64,000 bases of DNA, from contig NC_068985.1 of NCBI RefSeq assembly GCF_001194135.2, positions 127,048,346 through 127,112,345 of the forward strand. Direction: 5' to 3'. The notes beneath the pieces were generated by a model, which worked only from the letters and a program-made list of their open reading frames with translations, searched no databases and had not been told where the DNA came from. Below are positions 1 to 13,393 of the stretch, piece after piece. This DNA is from Octopus bimaculoides. Its lineage: Eukaryota. The position numbers and the translations under genes are program-made. The first letter of the stretch is position 1. Every line of letters begins with the position of its first letter.

Positions 1-1789
1 ATATATATGTATATATATATGTTTAAGCATACATATATTCATGTATATGAAAGGCAGTGTATGTTCAAATATATCAGACTGCACCCAAAGAAAGGTCACT
101 TGCTTGATAGACATGAGGTCTTTCACAAACATAGCCCAGCCCTTAACCCACAGGCATGCTGTCTTTTGTCTCTCTGCCTTTCCTACTGTAACTACAATGA
201 TCTCTGCTTTTCAGGACTGGTTAGTCTTGTACTACCTCTGCACAAACCACTATTCTCAGTCTTTCTTTTGCAGAATGCTGGCATCTCGAAATCCCTCTCT
301 GGGCATGTTTTCTCTATAATCATTGACTTGCAACTGTTCAAGTGGAATGATGTTGGCATTAATCTTAGAGTAATGTTTGCCATGAGTCGTGACTGAGGGA
401 TAGTACCAGCAATTTATAAAAATCAATGAAAACATAGTTTCCTTTGTTTCATTGGAAGATTGATTGCTACCAGTGTAAAGTTTGACTGTTGCTATGTTGT
501 GTTATTGAATACATTCAAATGAAAACAAATGTTTCAATATTCTGTCATGGCATATTCATTGTACTCACAGGAGTATTGTTCCCAACAGTCTTGGAATGCC
601 TACATAGGCTATAGTTACAACTCCTTCCTTCAAACCAAAAGAAAAGCCTATACACGCAGAGGAGTAGATGTGGAAAGATGTTTACCATAAATGTGATATA
701 AAACACATACAAATATGTATATGGCATAGTTTATGCAGTTCAACCTTAGTGTGTTACAAGTATTTATTTTTTTATTCCTTTTGAAAGGATAAAAGATTTA
801 TTGCTTTTGGGAAGATTTCAGGAAGTTTCCAAACATTTTACATTGTTGCTGCTGTTACTGATATGGTTGTCTTGGAGGGGGAAAATGTGTTATTTTGATG
901 ATGTGTACCGACAAAAACCAGACTGCAATATCAAATTTCACAGTCCCTTATCCAGTGAGAAAGCACTGTTTGAAGGTTTAAAGTGGAATTTTCCTGTTGC
1001 TCCTTTCTTATCATGAGTGTTCAGTATCCCAATGTTAGCAAAACGTAATTTTTGTATAGGAAGTCATGTGGATGGTTGGGCCTTTAGGTCAATCATAGCA
1101 AAAAGAGAGGCAAACAAATGAAAAGCATAGAGAAAGATTATTATTGAGTGAGAGAGCAGGGCATGCCATCAAAGTGACACCGGGGTAAAATATACGAAGC
1201 CCATTATACCCATCATGACTACCCATCTGATAAGGGTACACCAGGCACATGCATCACAACCATATGTGCGCGACATAGTGGTCTCATATCAAGATAAACA
1301 GCGCATGACCTCGCAGGTGGGGCCCAGTTAGAATTTTCTCCACCAGTGACCATCCCGCTTTCTTTCTAAGTGTAAGGAATCTAATTCCATATTATCCAAC
1401 ATTTGCATTTTTTCAGACAGGAAGATGTGATTTGAAGGAGACTTGACTGTTATTTCTAGTAGAACAAGTGGTTACATAGAGGCTCTCTCATTCTACTGAA
1501 TGTGAGTTGTGTGGGATGTGTTATAGTGTAAGTGGGAAATTATGTAAGGAGTTTGTATGTGTTGTGCTATAGTAGAAAGGATTATTATTATTATTAGCTT
1601 TATAAACACAGGAAGAATGAAAGGCAACATGAACTCTGCTGGAATTCAAACATAGAATGTAAAATATGTCAAAAAATATATCTGCATTTTGTTTGGCACT
1701 CTACCATTTTTACTTCTTTACCACACTATAGATTAGGATAATTATATAATGATGATGATGATGATGGTGATATAATAACATTTATTTTT

Positions 1790-3120
1790 CTTTATTTGCC
1801 ACCAGGGTGATGGATGAGAGGGACAAAGACAGGTGCAATGGGCAAAGGTTTACATAGAATGAAATGACGAAAAAGAAAAAAAAGAGGATACACAGTACAC
1901 AGCATAAATAAAAGAAGTATACCGAGAATACATTTCTTTCTTTAAGAAAAAAAAAAGTTGATAGTGATCTTCTTGATACAGGAAGACCTCTAGGATCAAT
2001 TAGGGGAACCTCACCATTCAAGATCTCACTGAACACCAAGGGAAAGAGCTCTCTCTAGTTCCATTTCTCTGACTCACAGGTTTATATTTAGAGTGGTGCC
2101 ATCCACTCTTGGTATTTTGCCACTGTCACTCACCTTTCAATAAATTCACTTGAGGACAGCATCTTGTTCTCAACCCTTATTTTCCTTTTCACGTAAAACT
2201 TTAAAAAATCAATGAGAGCTCTACTGAAAAAGAATGTCTCTGTTCACATACCTTTCAACCTAGTCCACCAAACAAACTCTTTTGCCATAGCCACAAGTCA
2301 GAGGAAAACTGCCTTACCCACTTGATTAAAGGAGGACACTTCCCTGCTACAAACCCTCTTATAGATTGCTTAAGTGGGACACACATCAGTCCCCTGACAG
2401 ACTAAGCATGTGATGCAAAACGGTTCTGATAGGTGGCTGTATTCTTTGACCACTGAGTAGACACTGCTGTGCATTGTAGTGAGCCAATCTCTGAAAGCAG
2501 GTATTCTGGCCAATTTCAGGATGCCTTCCAAGTAATGTTGGTCAAGCCTAACCCTAACCCTAACCCTAACCCTAAAGGCTGATCCAAACTCACCAGAGTC
2601 CTGCTAATACTAGCCTTGGTCATAGCCCTCTCTATAATGTATTTCATAAGGTAGAGGTTGTCTGGATAGACCTGTTTTGGGTTTGCACACATTTGTGCTT
2701 CCTCTGTGCAACCAATGATGACAAGTGCCAATCTTTTCATAAATACCTTGACCAAAATCTTCAACTCTGTATTCAGCAGAGTTATGAGCCAAAAATTGTT
2801 GAGCACATCCCCTTTGTTTGCATCCTTTTTCAGTATTGTTACTACTGCCCTAGCATTAGGAATTCTCTCATTCTGCTGCTAGTTACAGTAGATGTCTGCC
2901 AAAAAGTCGCCAAACAAACCATGCATGAACTCAGAATTTACAAGGCAGACTAGCCAATCTGGGTGATTTGTGTCTTGTGCAAATGCTCATCCCCTACTAT
3001 ATTTTGACAGCCATTATTGGCTCTCCATCAAATCTCACATCTGCTAAGAGCCACGGCAGAGTGTCCAGGTATGAACTAAAGTCTACTACCATCACTGACT
3101 CATCACCCTCTTGAAACAGT
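1790..3120 (-). mobile_element. Degraded L1/Tx1-clade LINE ORF2 fragments
   Basis: NNFWLITLLNTELKILVKVFMKRLALV...DNLYLMKYIIE...LVSLDQ, then LDQHYLEGILK...LSEPFCITCLVCQG, then after an internal deletion the C-terminal LVAMAKEFVWWTRLKG...KRKIRVE. Confidence 0.8.
2547..2575 (-). repeat. Short interstitial telomeric repeat (TTAGGG) x about 5
   Basis: cctaa(ccctaa)4 on the plus strand. Shorter or degenerate arrays at 28278-28319, 30403-30422, 34018-34033 and 39732-39748. Confidence 0.9.
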
Positions 3121-3300
3121 GATACAAAGTGCTGCTGTAAAATCACATGCATCTACTCGGAACCATGTAGCATATGCCCATCCTGGTCTGTCAAAAACCT
3201 GATTAAGTTTTGTTTCCATGTTTTGTCTCCTCCATAAAGATGGATGAAATATCACGAAGCATTTTGCCTGACATGCTAATGATTCTGCCAATTTGCCACC

Positions 3301-3348
<48 letters not shown>

Positions 3349-6030
3349 TCCTTTCTACTAAAGGCACATGCCCTGAACTTGTGGTGGTGGTGGTGGTGGG
3401 GAGACTAGTCAATTACATCAACCCCAGTGTTCAACTGGTACTTATTCTCTCAATTCTGAAATGATGAAAGGCAAAGTCAACCTCAGTGGGATTTGAACTC
3501 AGAACATAAAGACAGATGAACTGCTGCTAAGCATTTTACTGCTATGCTTTTAATTCTGTCAGCTCACCACCTTAATAATGATAATAATTCTTTCTACTAT
3601 AGGCACAAGGCCAGTCATTTTTTTTTGGGGGGGGGGGCTTGTCAATTATATCAATCCTAGTACTTTTCTGGTACTTACATCATTGACCCTGAAAGGGTGA
3701 AAGGCAAAATTGACCTTGGTGGTATTTGAACTCAGGAAGTAAAGATGAACGAAATGCTGCTAAACATTTTGTCCAGCGTGCTAATGATTCTGCCAGCTTG
3801 CTGCCTTGACTTTAGCAACAACAACAACAACAACAGCAAGAACTGCTACTACTACCACTTTTGATACAGTAAAAACAAACAAAATACTGCACATACTCAA
3901 GGCACACGGAGTTGAGTAGTGCAGTGGAAGTAGGCAATAAGAAGAAGAAGAAGAAGAAGAAGAAGGAGGAGGAGNNNNNNNNNNNNNNNNNNNNNNNNNN
4001 NNNNNNNNNNNNNNNNNNNNNNNNNNNNNNNNNNNNNNNNNNNNNNNNNNNNNNNNNNNNNNNNNNNNNNNNNNNNNNNNNNNNNNNNNNNNNNNNNNNN
4101 NNNNNNNNNNNNNNNNNNNNNNNNNNNNNNNNNNNNNNNNNNNNNNNNNNNNNNNNNNNNNNNNNNNNNNNNNNNNNNNNNNNNNNNNNNNNNNNNNNNN
4201 NNNNNNNNNNNNNNNNNNNNNNNNNNNNNNNNNNNNNNNNNNNNNNNNNNNNNNNNNNNNNNNNNNNNNNNNNNNNNNNNNNNNNNNNNNNNNNNNNNNN
4301 NNNNNNNNNNNNNNNNNNNNNNNNNNNNNNNNNNNNNNNNNNNNNNNNNNNNNNNNNNNNNNNNNNNNNNNNNNNNNNNNNNNNNNNNNNNNNNNNNNNN
4401 NNNNNNNNNNNNNNNNNNNNNNNNNNNNNNNNNNNNNNNNNNNNNNNNNNNNNNNNNNNNNNNNNNNNNNNNNNNNNNNNNNNNNNNNNNNNNNNNNNNN
4501 NNNNNNNNNNNNNNNNNNNNNNNNNNNNNNNNNNNNNNNNNNNNNNNNNNNNNNNNNNNNNNNNNNNNNNNNNNNNNNNNNNNNNNNNNNNNNNNNNNNN
4601 NNNNNNNNNNNTTTTTTTTCTAATAGCCTAAAGCAGCAGCTGTCAAACTGACTATTACTAACCTCCACCAAAAGATATTAGTGAAGTTTTTTTTTACCCT
4701 CTCACTCTTTATTAGCCCTTTAGTACTTAAACAGGAAATGTCGAATATTCTGTTTTGTGTTCACACCAGTTAGATCTGGCCCCTCACACCTACCCTACAA
4801 TATCATTCTAAAAGTTTACAGTCACATCACTAGCAATCTCAAAGCTACAAGAGAATGCATGATTAATTCAAAACAATCTTTCATCTTTTATTGTCCACTT
4901 GTTTCAGCCATTAGACTCTGGCCATGTTGGGGCACTACCTGGAAGAATTTTTAGTCGAATGAATCAATCCCAGTATTATTTTTTTAAACCCTGGTACTTA
5001 TTCTATCAGTCTCTTTTGTTGAACCATTTAGTTATGAGGATGTTAACACCATCACTAGTTGTCAAGCAGTGGGGGTGGGGAACAAACACACACACACACA
5101 AACACACATATTTATACATATATATATGATGGACTTTTTTCAATTTCTGTTTATCAAGTCCACTCACAAGGCTTTGGTTGGCTTGAGGCTATATAGAAGA
5201 CACTTACCCAAGGTGCTACGCAGTGGGACAGAACTTAGAACCATGTGGTTAGGAAGCAAGCTTCTTACCACACAGCCACTCCTGCACCACAATGTAAATA
5301 AATATGTAAATAAATGTAAATAAATGTAAATAAATATGTAAATAAATATGTGTTACATTTGACAAAATGATTTGAATGCTAAAGGGTTACAGAGAAGACC
5401 TTGTAAGACGAGTAGATCAATGCCTGTGACCCTTTATAGAGCATCTATGACTTGTAGGCAGGGATGGAGAAAAGTATCTCCTCAAACAACAGACTGACCC
5501 AAATTGTTACAACTGTATGAGCTTCATTAAAGGCACACAAGACCAGTATTGAGCTGTTACACCAGTTGATGGATTAAATCTACTACTTATGTAGGCTATG
5601 GCAGGATTTGAACCCCAAAAGGAAAGAGTCATAACAAATGCTGCAAAGCATTCTGAGCATTACAATTCCACCAGTCTACATAGCCCTACATTTGGTCCTT
5701 TAGGAACTCCAGAAAGATAAAAGGCAAACTTAACCTCTAACTCTTCACCTTGGTGCTTGACAAGTTTAAAAAGTTGGAAGCCATTTTGATTTTAAGGAAT
5801 ACAGCAATTGACATAGCTACCCTTCAACTATGAGAAACACTGACTTGATGGAGACTGTTACACTATAATCACTCATCTATCAAGAAAAGCAGATTTAGTT
5901 TAGAGCTGAGTTTTCCCAATTTTTCACATTGGAGATGTACTTAAAGAAATAGGATTTTTCACATCCTAAGTTTTGTAAGTGAAACTAAATATTTCATATT
6001 TTATCTTCTATCGTTTACTTGTTTCAGTCA

Positions 6031-7040
6031 TGTTGTAATCCTTAACATTGGACTGTTATAATGCCCACTGTGATATAGCAGTAGAGTTAGTAAGACAAGT
6101 AAAACCACAACTATCTATGATTGTTTATTTAATACTCTCTCTTGACGCTGACCAACATCACCTTATCTATAGCAACTAGCACATACCACTTGTCACGTAG
6201 GAGGGGTGTACCATTATTACTATTATCCCCACAACATATCCCCTTTTAAGTTTTCTTTTTTGCTAGGGAGTGTAATTTTATTTCTTTTAATAGCAATATT
6301 TTTTATATCACCCCCACCTCCCTTTTTTTGAGTTTTTTTTCCTTAGTTACACATTTAATATTTTTTCTGTTTGGCATCCACTTCCAGGAACTCTATACAT
6401 TTTCTTTTTCGTATGCTTGTGCACCTGGGTTCAATCACCTGTGATGGTGTTGGTACTTGAAAAATATCATATACCCATTTCATTGGTTCTTCCATTCTCT
6501 TGAGTTTGCTCTCAACAAATCCTTTTTTCAGTTGGTTCATGTGTCTCTTGTATACGCCTTTTCTACTTTTTACCAAGTATAGCATTTTTCCTATGCATTT
6601 GGTAATCATGCTATCTTCCCAACTGTTTTCTGTTCTTATATGACCTCACAAATACCTTTTCACCAATTTTGCAAAATCTTGCTGGATTTTTCCCTTGCAA
6701 TTTTTCTCTTTTTGCTTAGTAGCAATTTGTTGAAGACTGATTTTACTTTCCTCACAAATATCAGCTCTGCTGGTGACATACCTGCTAATATATTTGGATT
6801 TGGTGCCACACAGTATACTCTTAAGAATTGTTGTAGAGTTACCTCATCCATGCCTTCCTTATTCGACTTTCTTAAGGCTCTCTTGAATGCATCATCAAAG
6901 TGTTCTGCCTGTCCATTAAATCTGGGACATAAAATCTATAGCAAACATTTTACAGAACTTTTTAAATTCAAAAGACACAAATGGCATTCCATTGTCAGAC
7001 ACTATCATGTCTGGGATGCCAAATCTCACAAATAGCTCAC
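6031..7040 (-). mobile_element. 3' end of a Gypsy (K02A2.6-like) LTR retrotransposon: integrase remnant, PPT and 3' LTR (6031-6236)
   Basis: GIPDMIVSDNG, NGQAE, LQQFLRVY..SPAELIF integrase motifs. The 206-bp LTR is bounded by TGTTGT...ACAACA, with PPT AAAAGGGGATA adjacent on the minus strand. Confidence 0.85.
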
Positions 7041-7721
7041 ATAAAAAAATTTGTCTTGCATTGCACAAATGTTATAAATTGATGTAAAAGTATTTTTTCC
7101 TTCTGCATTTTGCTATTTAAATGTTAAAATATGCCAAAGAAGCATGCCATTTTCAGTACCAAAACCCATTTTGATTTAAATTACAAAATTCAGTTAGTTG
7201 ATTCCCTTTGAAAAGTTTAAATATTGTTCCTCTAAATTCAAAGCACTTGACCTTTTGAGAGCCTATGAATTACAGTGCAAAATAAAATTGTGAAACTTTG
7301 CTCCCCTCTTTTCACAAATAATTTTGATTCAAGAATTATACTTTCAGTATAAGTAGCTATTTGAACAACTTTTTTTCCATAAACTACTTTCAATTGTTTT
7401 TACAGTTACTGCTTTCTGATGTAAAATGCAATGGGTGGTTGGTTAGAAATCTTTACCAAAGGTGAAAAGTCTTTTAGTGAACCAGTCACTGAGGTGCACT
7501 AGCTGTACATAGCCCTACACAGTTTATCCTTCGCAAGTTGTTCTCCTTCATGAAACTATTCTTTTATTTGTTTCAGTCATTTGACTGTGGCCATGCTGGG
7601 GCAACACCTTTAGTCAAACAAATCAATCCCAGGACTTATTCTTCGTGAGCCGGGGACATAAACACACCAACATCAATGTCAGGCAATGGTGGCGGGGACA
7701 AACACAGACACACAAACATAT

Positions 7722-7752
<31 letters not shown>

Positions 7753-8589
7753 TATATATATATATATGACAGGCTTCTTTCAATTTCCATCTACCAAATC
7801 CACTCACAAGGCTTTGGTTGGCCCAAGGCTATAGTAGAAGACACTTGCCTAAGGTGCCATGCAGTGGGACTGAACCCAGGACCATGTGGTTGGAAAGCAA
7901 GCTACTTACCACACACCTACTCCTGCGCCTATCAGAAGATTTTAATGGATATTCACCTCTAGTTTCCAGAAGAACTTTTCGACAGAGCAGGAATAGTTCT
8001 ATAATTCTTTTATGATTAAAATTTCAGAAAACCAATAATAGTGCCAACCCATTTACACCTGCTGACATTTGTGAAACTATCTTTAATATTTCCCATGGTT
8101 TAGCACACCGGGAAAAAATGCTTAGTAGCATTTCATCCATCTTTATGTTCTGAGTTCAAATTCCATGAAGATTGCCTTTGCCTCTCATCCTTCTGGGGTC
8201 AATAAAATAAGTACTTGCTGAGCACTAGGGTCGATGTAACTGACTTGCCTCTTCCCTCAAAACTGCTGACCTGATGCCAAAAGTTGAAACCAATATTTCT
8301 CATGGCTAGACAGGTTTTCCACATGAGACTAAAAATGAACACCATCACTTGTATGATGATGATGATGATGCTTTTTTAGAACCATGATGTGATGCCAAAA
8401 CAATGGTACACACAGACACACATGCGCATGTGTACACACACATACACGATAGGCTTCTTCAGTTTCAGCCTGCCATATTCACTTACAAGGCTTTGTTTGA
8501 CCCAGGTGCCCCGTAGTGGGACTGAACCTGAGGCTACATGGTTGCAAAGCAATCTTCTCAACCACATAACCCATACCTGAACAGCAACA

Positions 8590-8770
8590 TTTTGTGGCAG
8601 TTTCTGTAATAGTATGCTGTTCCTTGTTTTTGGATATTATTTTGGCAACAAAGTAACTTGTTTCTTGAGATATAGCTGATGTTTTCAATTTCTTGCTGAA
8701 TGTTGCAGACTGCTTTTTAACAGATTTCAAAAGATGTTTGAAGTATTCTAAAAGTTTTCTTGACAAACAA
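8590..8770 (-). mobile_element. Short hAT (Charlie/Buster-type) transposase remnant
   Basis: SQETSYFVAKIISKNKEQHTITET resembles the ASY-VA-IAK-KPHTI-E motif of this family. Confidence 0.5.
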
Positions 8771-8854
8771 TAATGTTTGAAAGTAAAATGATCCTTTAGT
8801 TTCTGACTCCTTTCTCTTTATCAAGTGTCAACTGGAGATCATCATGATTTTTAA

Positions 8855-9120
8855 CTCTTTTGATACCAACCTGTCCAAGACCATCTTTGATTCCAACTGC
8901 AAGATTTCTATTGATATAAATTAAAACCTTCCATCAAATTTGCAACTTAACAACTATGTTTTAAACACCAGTTTAATGATCATGAAGTTAGTTTACTAAA
9001 TTCTTAATTATTGAATATTAATTATTGAATATTAATTATTGAATATTGAATATTGAATACTGAATATTTTCAAAATTAATTGAATTAATATGTGTCAACA
9101 AAAATATGGTACCAAAAGGG
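8855..9120. mobile_element. piggyBac-like MITE
   Basis: TTAA on both flanks; TIR ctcttttgatacca versus (reverse complement) cccttttggtacca, 12/14; internal ATTGAAT minisatellite. Confidence 0.7.
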
Positions 9121-10667
9121 TTAATACTTTCTCACAATATTATTCCCTTAGGTAGTACCAAGAAGCAATGATGTTACCAGAAAATGTCTAAATTATTTTT
9201 GGCCCACATTGTAGCATGTTTTTTTTTCCCCTCTCAGCTTGTTACCAAAGCAGAATCAACTGCAACCACTCCACCCATGGTATGTCTATTTTGTTTTACT
9301 ATTCACTCAGGATTTGGTCTTTGCTCTTACATACCTCTGCCATATACACAATGACACATTTTCTGCTTTCCTCAGCAGGAGTTGGATGAATCTAGGAATA
9401 TTTATTTTTAAATTTTTATTCTATTTAAGAATTTTGTAAAAGCTGATATTTTTTCTTACGCCCTATGGCAGTAGCTCAAAACATATTAGTGAAATTTTTT
9501 TGGCAACCTCACTATTTATTAATAAAGAGCAAAAAATTGAGTTTATATCTCTATAATTCTTACTTTTGTTTGTTTTGCAAATACATCACCACAGACCAAA
9601 TACTGACAGTGCATTAAAAAAACATAAAAAAAGAGTTATCACATAGATGTAAACTCTATTTTGTTTCCTCATTAATAAATAGTGAAGGTGCCAAGAAAAT
9701 TTCACTAATGTCCTTTTTTGGTGGTGAGCTTTGTATTTGTCAGTTTTGAGAGCTATTACGTTAGAAAAATACCAGCTTTTACAAAATTCATACATACACA
9801 TACATATACACGTGTGTGTGTCTGTTTTCACTGTCAATGTCTATCTGCAAAACTTCTGTGAGAAAAAAAAAACAAAGGAAAAAATACTTTCAAATGAAAA
9901 ATGGTATTTGTTCTGCCCAAGTAGCACATAATAAAATCCTTTATCATTCTCTCCATCAGAAATGCAGTAAATGAGTGACTTGTCCATTGAAAACCTATAA
10001 TCAAAGGACACTACCGTTCCTTAAATGCAATTTAAAAAGTCAATAAAAATTCAAATATATCAATCCCATACAAAAAAAAAAAAACGAGTTTGGTGATAGT
10101 TGTGAAGTTAGAAAGTTCCCTTTGTAAATATGCTGATTCAGGTTCAAACCCTTTGGGAGTGAATTTTGGTAAATGTGAAACAGTCCCATCAGAGGAAATG
10201 TTCTCACTCATGAGCAGTAGATGTAACATGTCACCTTGTACCAGGCCTAAAGAAAAAGTATTGGGGTTGTTGATGATGATGATAATGATACACACACACA
10301 CGTGCGCGCGCGTGCACACACACACACACACACGCATATATGAACAAGGAGGACATGTTCTTGTCTGTCTCCTGTACAAGCATGATTTACACGTTTGCTA
10401 CCACAACCTTGTTTAGGCTTAGCAGCCCTTCCTGTTTGTTTTCACTGTCCTGTTTGTGTTACCAATTTTGACCCTCCACAAAATCCCAAATTTTATTTAA
10501 TTTGCTTTGCAGGAGCAACTGTTTTATCAAAAGCGTATATTGTTGTTAAATGCTTGAAATATGAGAGTAGAAAAACAGCCAACAACTGATGAAGGGTCAT
10601 TCTTTATGTTGTTTGTCTTGTTTTCTATTTTTGTCTATCGTTATCTATACTATAAATTGCAGTGTTC

Positions 10668-10703
<36 letters not shown>

Positions 10704-13347
10704 GTGTCGGCAGATTCACTCGAGAACGGTGCAGTGGAATCGCGTGAAATTCAGCACAGAGCAGCAGCATGGTCCGCTCATGTTCAGGAGATTTTTATTG
10801 CCCTCCAACTCCCATGGTTACCGAGATAATCGATTATTACTTTTTAAGATAGGAATATCCCATTCAAAGTGGGGAGGGGCGATTTTGTTGCCTTTCCCAT
10901 GTGCNNNNNNNNNNNNNNNNNNNNNNNNNNNNNNNNNNNNNNNNNNNNNNNNNNNNNNNNNNNNNNNNNNNNNNNNNNNNNNNNNNNNNNNNNNNNNNNN
11001 NNNNNNNNNNNNNNNNNNNNNNNNNNNNNNNNNNNNNNNNNNNNNNNNNNNNNNNNNNNNNNNNNNNNNNNNNNNNNNNNNNNNNNNNNNNNNNNNNNNN
11101 NNNNNNNNNNNNNNNNNNNNNNNNNNNNNNNNNNNNNNNNNNNNNNNNNNNNNNNNNNNNNNNNNNNNNNNNNNNNNNNNNNNNNNNNNNNNNNNNNNNN
11201 NNNNNNNNNNNNNNNNNNNNNNNNNNNNNNNNNNNNNNNNNNNNNNNNNNNNNNNNNNNNNNNNNNNNNNNNNNNNNNNNNNNNNNNNNNNNNNNNNNNN
11301 NNNNNNNNNNNNNNNNNNNNNNNNNNNNNNNNNNNNNNNNNNNNNNNNNNNNNNNNNNNNNNNNNNNNNNNNNNNNNNNNNNNNNNNNNNNNNNNNNNNN
11401 NNNNNNNNNNNNNNNNNNNNNNNNNNNNNNNNNNNNNNNNNNAACAATTTTAACAGTGAGAACATTGGACAAAATATGTTATTGACATTAATAGTTTGTA
11501 CCTCAGCTAATTACTGTTGAGAACTGCATAATCCATGTGTCATGTTAGAGATCTAAAAGGCATTTTCGAATTTCATCATTTTCTTTAATCCAGGCAACGC
11601 TGGATATTTCTGCTATTGGAGCCTGGTGTTGCCATCCGGTTTCACCAGTCCTCAGTCAAATCGTCCAACCCATGCTAGCATGGAAAGCGGACGTTAAACG
11701 ACGATGATGATGATGATATACGATGGGCTTCTTTCAGTTTCTGTCTACCAAATCCACTCACAAAGCTTTGGTCGACCTGAGGCAACAGTAGAAGACTTGC
11801 CCAAGGTGCCATGCAGTGGAACTAAACCCAGAACTATGTGGTTGGGAAACAAGCTTCTTACTACACAAAATTAATTTGTGTAAAAATCAATAAAAAGAGC
11901 ACTCCAGCTAATGAGCATCTAATATTACTATAAATGCTTCACACTACATGCATTAAATGCTCTACTAATAGTTTCATGTACATAAGTATGTTCAATTAGT
12001 GTTTGATAAACGAACTTATGTATGTGAAACTATTAGAAGTGCATAAAATGCTAAATGCATGTAGTGTGAAGCATTTATAGTCATTTATACTAGATTACCC
12101 GTTGGGTCACCGGGAAAGTCTGAGTTCCCAGCAACAGAGTTTTGTTTTGTGGGTTTTTTTTCTTTTCCAGGTTATTTTGCATGCTTTCAACAAATGTGAC
12201 ATCAAAATCACATGTAAATGGCTCCTTTCCCCCAGAAAAGGAAAGATTTGGCTGCTATTTCTTGCACGCCCTGCTACCATGTAACAGGTATTTCCAGTAC
12301 TTTATCACAAACATCTGTTACATGGTAGCAGGGCGTGCTAGAAATAGCAGCCAAATCTTTGGAGCTGAGATACGTTGAATGCACTCAAAATTTTATAAAA
12401 TTGTTTGTAATGANNNNNNNNNNTACGTTGAATGCACTCAAAATTTTATAAAATTGTTTGTAATGATATTCCCTTGGGGTGATCTTTCGTTTTGACTCTC
12501 AGGGCTGTTGTTTTGACTCTCAGAACTGTCATCAGGATCAGCTGGTTTTGTTTGTTAATTTCAGTAAAAATTTTTATTTATTTACTTTTGTTTTAAAGTG
12601 AAAGAGAGGAGAAAGTGAAAGATGTATGAACATGTATATGAAATGGATGTGCGTGTGTGTGTGTGAGAGAGAGAGAATGCAACTTACATATACATGAGAA
12701 CACACATGTTCACACACTCTCTCTCTCTCTCTCATACACACACACACATGTACATAAAAAAAGATGTATGCATATGTATTGATGTATGTACATATACATG
12801 ACAACACACCCCTTCACTCACTTACTCTCTCTCCCTTTCACACACACACATCCATTTCACATACACATACATACAGAGTGTAAAGACTATGCGTGTGTAT
12901 ATGTCACAGATAACAGACGTGTGTTTGTGTTGATTGACAAACTATGACATTCATTTTATGTGTGTGTATGTATGTTGAAGTCATGGAAATGATGGGGGGT
13001 TTTTTGTCCAGAGATAGCAAACAAAAATTGTGCTTAAACGGTTTCTTTAATAAATAAAGTCTAAAATATCACAAAAATTTGTACAGCACTGCCGAAGGTA
13101 AGTATGAAAATAAATATGCAAAAAAATTCAGATAAAATATACTATTTCTGAGATATATTGGGTATACACAAAAAATCTATAGAGTTTTAGTATTATCAAG
13201 ATATATATATATATCTATATATATATATATATAGATATACTGATATGTATGCACACACAAGCACAAATGCACATATGATGTATGCCTCTATGTGCCTCAG
13301 TGTGTGTGTATTTGTATGAGTGTTCTGTGTGTGTGTGCACGTGTTTG

Positions 13348-13393
<46 letters not shown>

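Noticed and set aside
3781-4671. Long ORFs of X residues (also 10696-11520, 27279-28323, 57760-58254)
   Set aside because: Produced by N gaps, not coding.
10587-10600. CTGATGA as a hammerhead core
   Set aside because: No downstream stem II or GAAA.
11599-11616. Helitron 3'-end-like motif (also near 58655-58675)
   Set aside because: Only a short degenerate motif; terminal CTAG and 5' end not found.
12374-12466. 43-bp direct duplication either side of a 10-N gap
   Set aside because: Typical overlapping contig ends; assembly artefact.
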